In this document: positions 58,911 to 64,000 of the stretch, piece after piece
Layout: each line of letters begins with the position of its first letter
Position numbering within the stretch: the first letter of the stretch is position 1
Assembly: GCF_009914755.1 (NCBI RefSeq)
Contig: NC_060938.1
Reading direction: 5' to 3' (one strand)
DNA: 64,000 bases
DNA from: the human T2T-CHM13v2.0 reference genome, Homo sapiens
Made by a program: the position numbers and the translations under genes
The notes under the pieces: generated by a model
The model's input: only the letters and a program-made list of their open reading frames with translations
What the model was told of the DNA's origin: nothing
Database searches by the model: none

Positions 58911-60973
58911 AGTGATTCTTTGTGTGTGTCACAATCACCTGACAGGCTTGTTAACACACAGATTGCTGGGCCCAACCACAGAGTTTCTAATTCCAGTAGG
59001 CCTGGAGTGAGGCTCCATTATTTTCATTTTTAACAAGTTTCAAAATGTGGCTGCTGCTGTTGCTGGTGGTCCGGTAAGAGAAAGGCTTAATTATAAGTAT
59101 ACATTTTCTTTTCTTCCCTTTGGTGCTGTTTTTTTTTTTAATCTCTTGTGATTTCTCTGGTATTTTCCCCATTTTATAAAAATATCTTTATAAAGAAAGA
59201 AAAAGTACAGGTGGAGAAGGTTTAAAAAAAAGGTGGAGTTTTGGAGTTGTCTCCTATTTCCCTTGGCCAACTGAAGGAAGGGGGCAGAGGCAGGTTACTG
59301 GAGCCAGAAAAACTGTAGGCCTCACTGTTCCAAGTTGCCTGATACTTTGCTTCCTGGGGAAAAGAGAAGTGAAGGGAGCCTAACTGATGTGATGGGGCAG
59401 GAATTCTAAATTTGTGACACTTTGCAAGCTGTTTATGTGCACTAGGTTTGAACCCAGCTACAATTCAATGTAGAAGTTCTTGGAAACTGGCATGTCAGCT
59501 GCCCTAGACAATCTGCACATTAACTTCCACTCTAAAAACTTTTCCTGGCTTGCCTTTGCAGAGTGTGAAAGCTAGGTGATGGCGGTCCAGTTTTACAATA
59601 AGGGCCAGCTGTGCTTATGTGTGCTGATGTTACTGTCACAAAGACTTTTCCCTTGATTTGATAAAAATCCTGCTGAGCCGGACTCAGTCTTCATTGTTGA
59701 ATGAACTGGTGTCAGGGAGTTCTCCTTTGGCTTTCTTAAAGGTCATTCTTTGCTCACTTCTTTTTTAGTTCACAGCTACATTTTTTTAGGCTTCATGTGG
59801 TATGCTGGTTATGCCAAAATAAAGAACTGGATCAAAGACATTTCATGTTCATAAGGCTGAGGACCAATCTGTCTTTTCAGATCCAGACTCCTAATAGATA
59901 AAGGACCAGGGAGTCTCTATCTCCATAACCAGCTCACTGCTAGAATCCTAAGTTGCCTTCTACAACAGTGCTGTGAACTTAACCTTTTGAAAGGTTTGGT
60001 TTTTATATCCAGCTTTTTGTTCCATAAAGCTTGCTCCCAGGGTCTCTGCCAGATGTACTAAGAAATCCAGCTTTGTCCTTATTTCTTCCTCCTGGGGACC
60101 ATTCCATTGATCATGGAGTGGTAGGGGTGTGGAAACAGCAGAAGTCTGGTTCACATTCTCTATCCATTGTCAGGTCCAGCTGGCTGGAATCTCATTGTAC
60201 TTTTAAAGGACAGACATATCAGCTTCTAGCTTTTTGACATGATACCTCAATGCATTCTTCCCAAATTTATGTAATTGTCACACAGTTATTTAATAAAATC
60301 AAAGTAAAGTTAGCCAAAACATCTCCCTCCCCAGCATCTTCCCATCATCACTTCTGCTGCTTTTTCCTTTTCTGTATCTCTGCTTATTGAGTGGCTAATC
60401 AGAAGTCTCTCCTCAAGAGCTTGTAATTCTGTGTTTTAAATTAGATATTTTATTTGGATCCTACCCATATTCTTAATCTTTTTCATTGAGTCAACCTTAT
60501 TCTCTCTGTTGAATTTACTATATCCACAAAGAGCAGTTCTTATGATGGCTAATTTCTGATTTATGTTTCTGGTGCTTGTGATAGTGATTCAGTAGATGAT
60601 TTAATGCACAAAGAAGGAGGTCATATGCTGGGAAAAGAAGGAAGAGATAGAAATAAGTTAGACGCCGAATATATAAACTGGTAATTGAGATGTCAGTTTT
60701 AGGCCAAAATCTAATAGATCAGCAAACCAATGAGTTGGCAGTCCTTAGAGAAGTAGAAGGGAATCATTTAAGCCCAGCACTGATTCATGAAAAAAGTAAG
60801 TTATGCTAGAGTAACTTCATTTCCCTTCAAGGTAGAATTACTTTGGTAAGAGAAGACCAGGGGACTACAAAGGAATTACTGTAACTAGGTTTCCCCAAGG
60901 CATAATGAAATCTTGTGAGCACAAAAGAGAAATGTGAATGTGGTAATACTGTCATTAAGAATATTTGGTGACT

Positions 60974-61590
<617 letters not shown>

Positions 61591-61980
61591 CTAAATGTGC
61601 AGCTGTACCCAAACAATAAATCAAAGTTTGAGAATTAAGTTTCTGGGACTCTGTCATTGACTCATAGTTCCCAGTGTTTATCAATGAATTTATTCATTCA
61701 TATTTATTTAGGTGCCTAGTATATGCTAGGCACTTAGGTAGGTAGAAGACACGTGAATCCTGTTCTAAGATAACATGAAGTAGGAATTCCATGGAATAAT
61801 GAATACCTGGGATGACAGGCAGGATTCACCGTGATTTAAACGGGCTAGAATAATGAATCTAATTCATGGAATTTAATAGGGAAAAACATAAAGCCTTTCA
61901 CATGAGTTCAAAAATTCAAGTGTAAAGAAGACTTTAAGGGTTTAGGTTGACTTTAAATATAATAGAATTTAACAATAGAA

Positions 61981-62273
61981 GGACAGGTGCAGTGGCTCAT
62001 GCCTGTAATCCCAGCACTTTGGGAGGCTGCGGTGAGTCCAGGAGTTCAAGACCAGCCTGGGCAACGTAGTGAGACCTCCTCTCTACAAGAAATAAAAAAT
62101 TAGCCAGGTGTGTTAGCACACACCTGTAGTCCTAGCTACTCAGGAGGCGGAGGTGGCGGAGGGATTGCTTGAGCCTGGGACTTAGAGGTTGCAGTGAGCC
62201 ACGATTGTACCACTGTACTCGGCCTGAGTGACAGAGTGAGACCTTGTCTCAAAAAAAAAAAAAAAAAAAAAAA
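61981..62273 (+). mobile_element. AluJ
   Basis: Internally deleted left arm; polyA tail. Confidence 0.85.
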
Positions 62274-64000
62274 GTTAATGGAATAAGAACTGCCAAAAGC
62301 ACATATTATCTTGTGGGAAAATGTTCATAACATTATCAGATGAAAAAGCAGGTTATAAAGCATAGAGTATGGACTCATTCTGTTTGTGCAAGGGAAATAC
62401 ACACAGAGGAAGAATATACGTCAACATGGTGACAAAATGTAGCAGACGTCTTTGGTTGTTGGATCACGGATGAATTTCTCTATGCCTTTTTGTCTCTCAG
62501 GTTTTAGGCATTGAGAATATAATACTTTTATTCTTAAAAAATTGCTTTGGTTTTGTTTCATTTTGAAAAGGTGAAAGGGTATATAGCCGCTGCTGGTAAT
62601 TTAGCCTTGGGGGAGGGGAGGAAGATTTGGTAATCTTTCTCATTCGTCAGTGCTCACATCCAGTGCCTGAACCATTGCTTCTCTCTGGTAATCAGCATTA
62701 TTAGTAAACCCCCACTTCCCCACAGGAGCCACTCTGCCCAGAATTAGAGCATTCTGCAGCGGGATTGGCGTGGAGCAGCAGGCTTCCACCATAGGAAAGT
62801 CCCCTCCAGCAGGGGCCACCGTGCAGCCGCTCTCTCTGGCGGGTGAGACTGGCAAATGGACTTTACTCTCCTGCTCACACATCTGAGTGATTCTGGCGTC
62901 TTTTTTTTGGATCCAATAGTTTGGCTGCCCTCATTTATCACCCAGGTGATCTCACATAGACACAAAACTTGGTGTAAAGGCATTGTAAATACTGCTTTGA
63001 AGTAGTATACTTCTTCTTTCTCAGAAGCAGTGCTTGTTGTTTAGTACCCTTATTGGTTACCCCGTGCCCCGAAAGCTTGGGTTCACTTTCCATGGGAAGA
63101 ATGTTAATAATAGCTAATGTTTACTGAACATTTATTATGCATGCCATGTGCTAAACGCTGTACATAGATTATCACATGTAATTTTTAGACCAACCCTATG
63201 AGAGATGGGATTAATTTTTATTCTCATTTCACAGCTGAGGAAACCAAGGCACAGAGAGGTTAAACATGTTGCTTCTAGTGGTAGAGCTAGGATCTGAACC
63301 TTGCAGGCTTGCGCTCGATCTCAGCCTTAGTCACTGCATTGCTGCCTCCCCTTCTGCAGGTGGTCCTGTGCAGACCCGTGGTGTGGACCCAGAGTGCAAG
63401 GCCTCCTGAATTCTCACTATCTCAGTGCTTGCATTGGGTTTGATTCCTTCCCAGCACCCAAAACCTTTTATTTCTTTTTGTCTTCTTTCTTGGATTATTT
63501 CTTTAATCCTTTCCCAGGAGACTTTCATCCTCTCAAGTAAACAAATTATTTAGAAGTTTTTAAGTCCTTTCACCCTGTTCTCAAGCAAGGAGACCAGCTT
63601 GCACTTACAATTTCGTGTAGTTATGTGCTTTTGACCTAGCATCAAAAGTTCACATAGTTTTTCCAGATTATTTCTGAGCTTTTCATGATCTCTAACACCA
63701 TCCCTATTATACTTTAACTCTTCCCATAGAAGAACCATTTCTGTATAACTCCATAGGTTCAAAACAGGAAAAGCAGAAGAGAGTATACTCTTATCTCAAG
63801 GTGTAAACTCAAAGGTTAAAAAAAAATTAATTTCTTTAGTATTATAATTTTTAGAGATCACTTAAAAATCTTGTTCTAACACATAAATTCTCTAAGAATC
63901 AAAGCACTTGTCACCATGAGTGTGAACTCTTGGCAGGTCCGTCTAACTCACTTAAATAATGTTAAGCACAGATTTCATTTGGCTAGCTATCAGTGTTCCC

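Overview
Primate (most likely human) genomic DNA, almost entirely intronic. Two coding exons on the + strand (4017/4020-4204 and 31101-31255) join in frame to give ...[62 protein letters not shown]|[51 protein letters not shown](R). I recognise this from memory as the C-terminal region of TTLL5 (tubulin polyglutamylase, STAMP). I did not find the next exon in the window. The rest is transposon-rich intron: about 21 Alus, a ~5.9-kb antisense L1PB, several L1M/L1PA fragments, MaLR LTRs, Tigger/MER DNA transposons and MIR/L2 relics. It also holds a decayed RPS2 processed pseudogene and a 32-nt U2 snRNA retrocopy. Many ORFs in the track are Alu/L1 read-throughs, and I could not assign the rest. 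I found no supportable new multi-gene system. The best leads are small-scale: a reconstituted 5' splice site at the start of the second exon (possible recursive splicing), a NAGNAG acceptor, a tailless U2 retrocopy whose stem I has become a perfect palindrome, a 222-bp local inverted duplication, a MIR-derived minisatellite with a 140-bp higher-order period, a four-level nested insertion, and a probable short L1 3' transduction. Repeat subfamily calls are by eye against remembered consensi.
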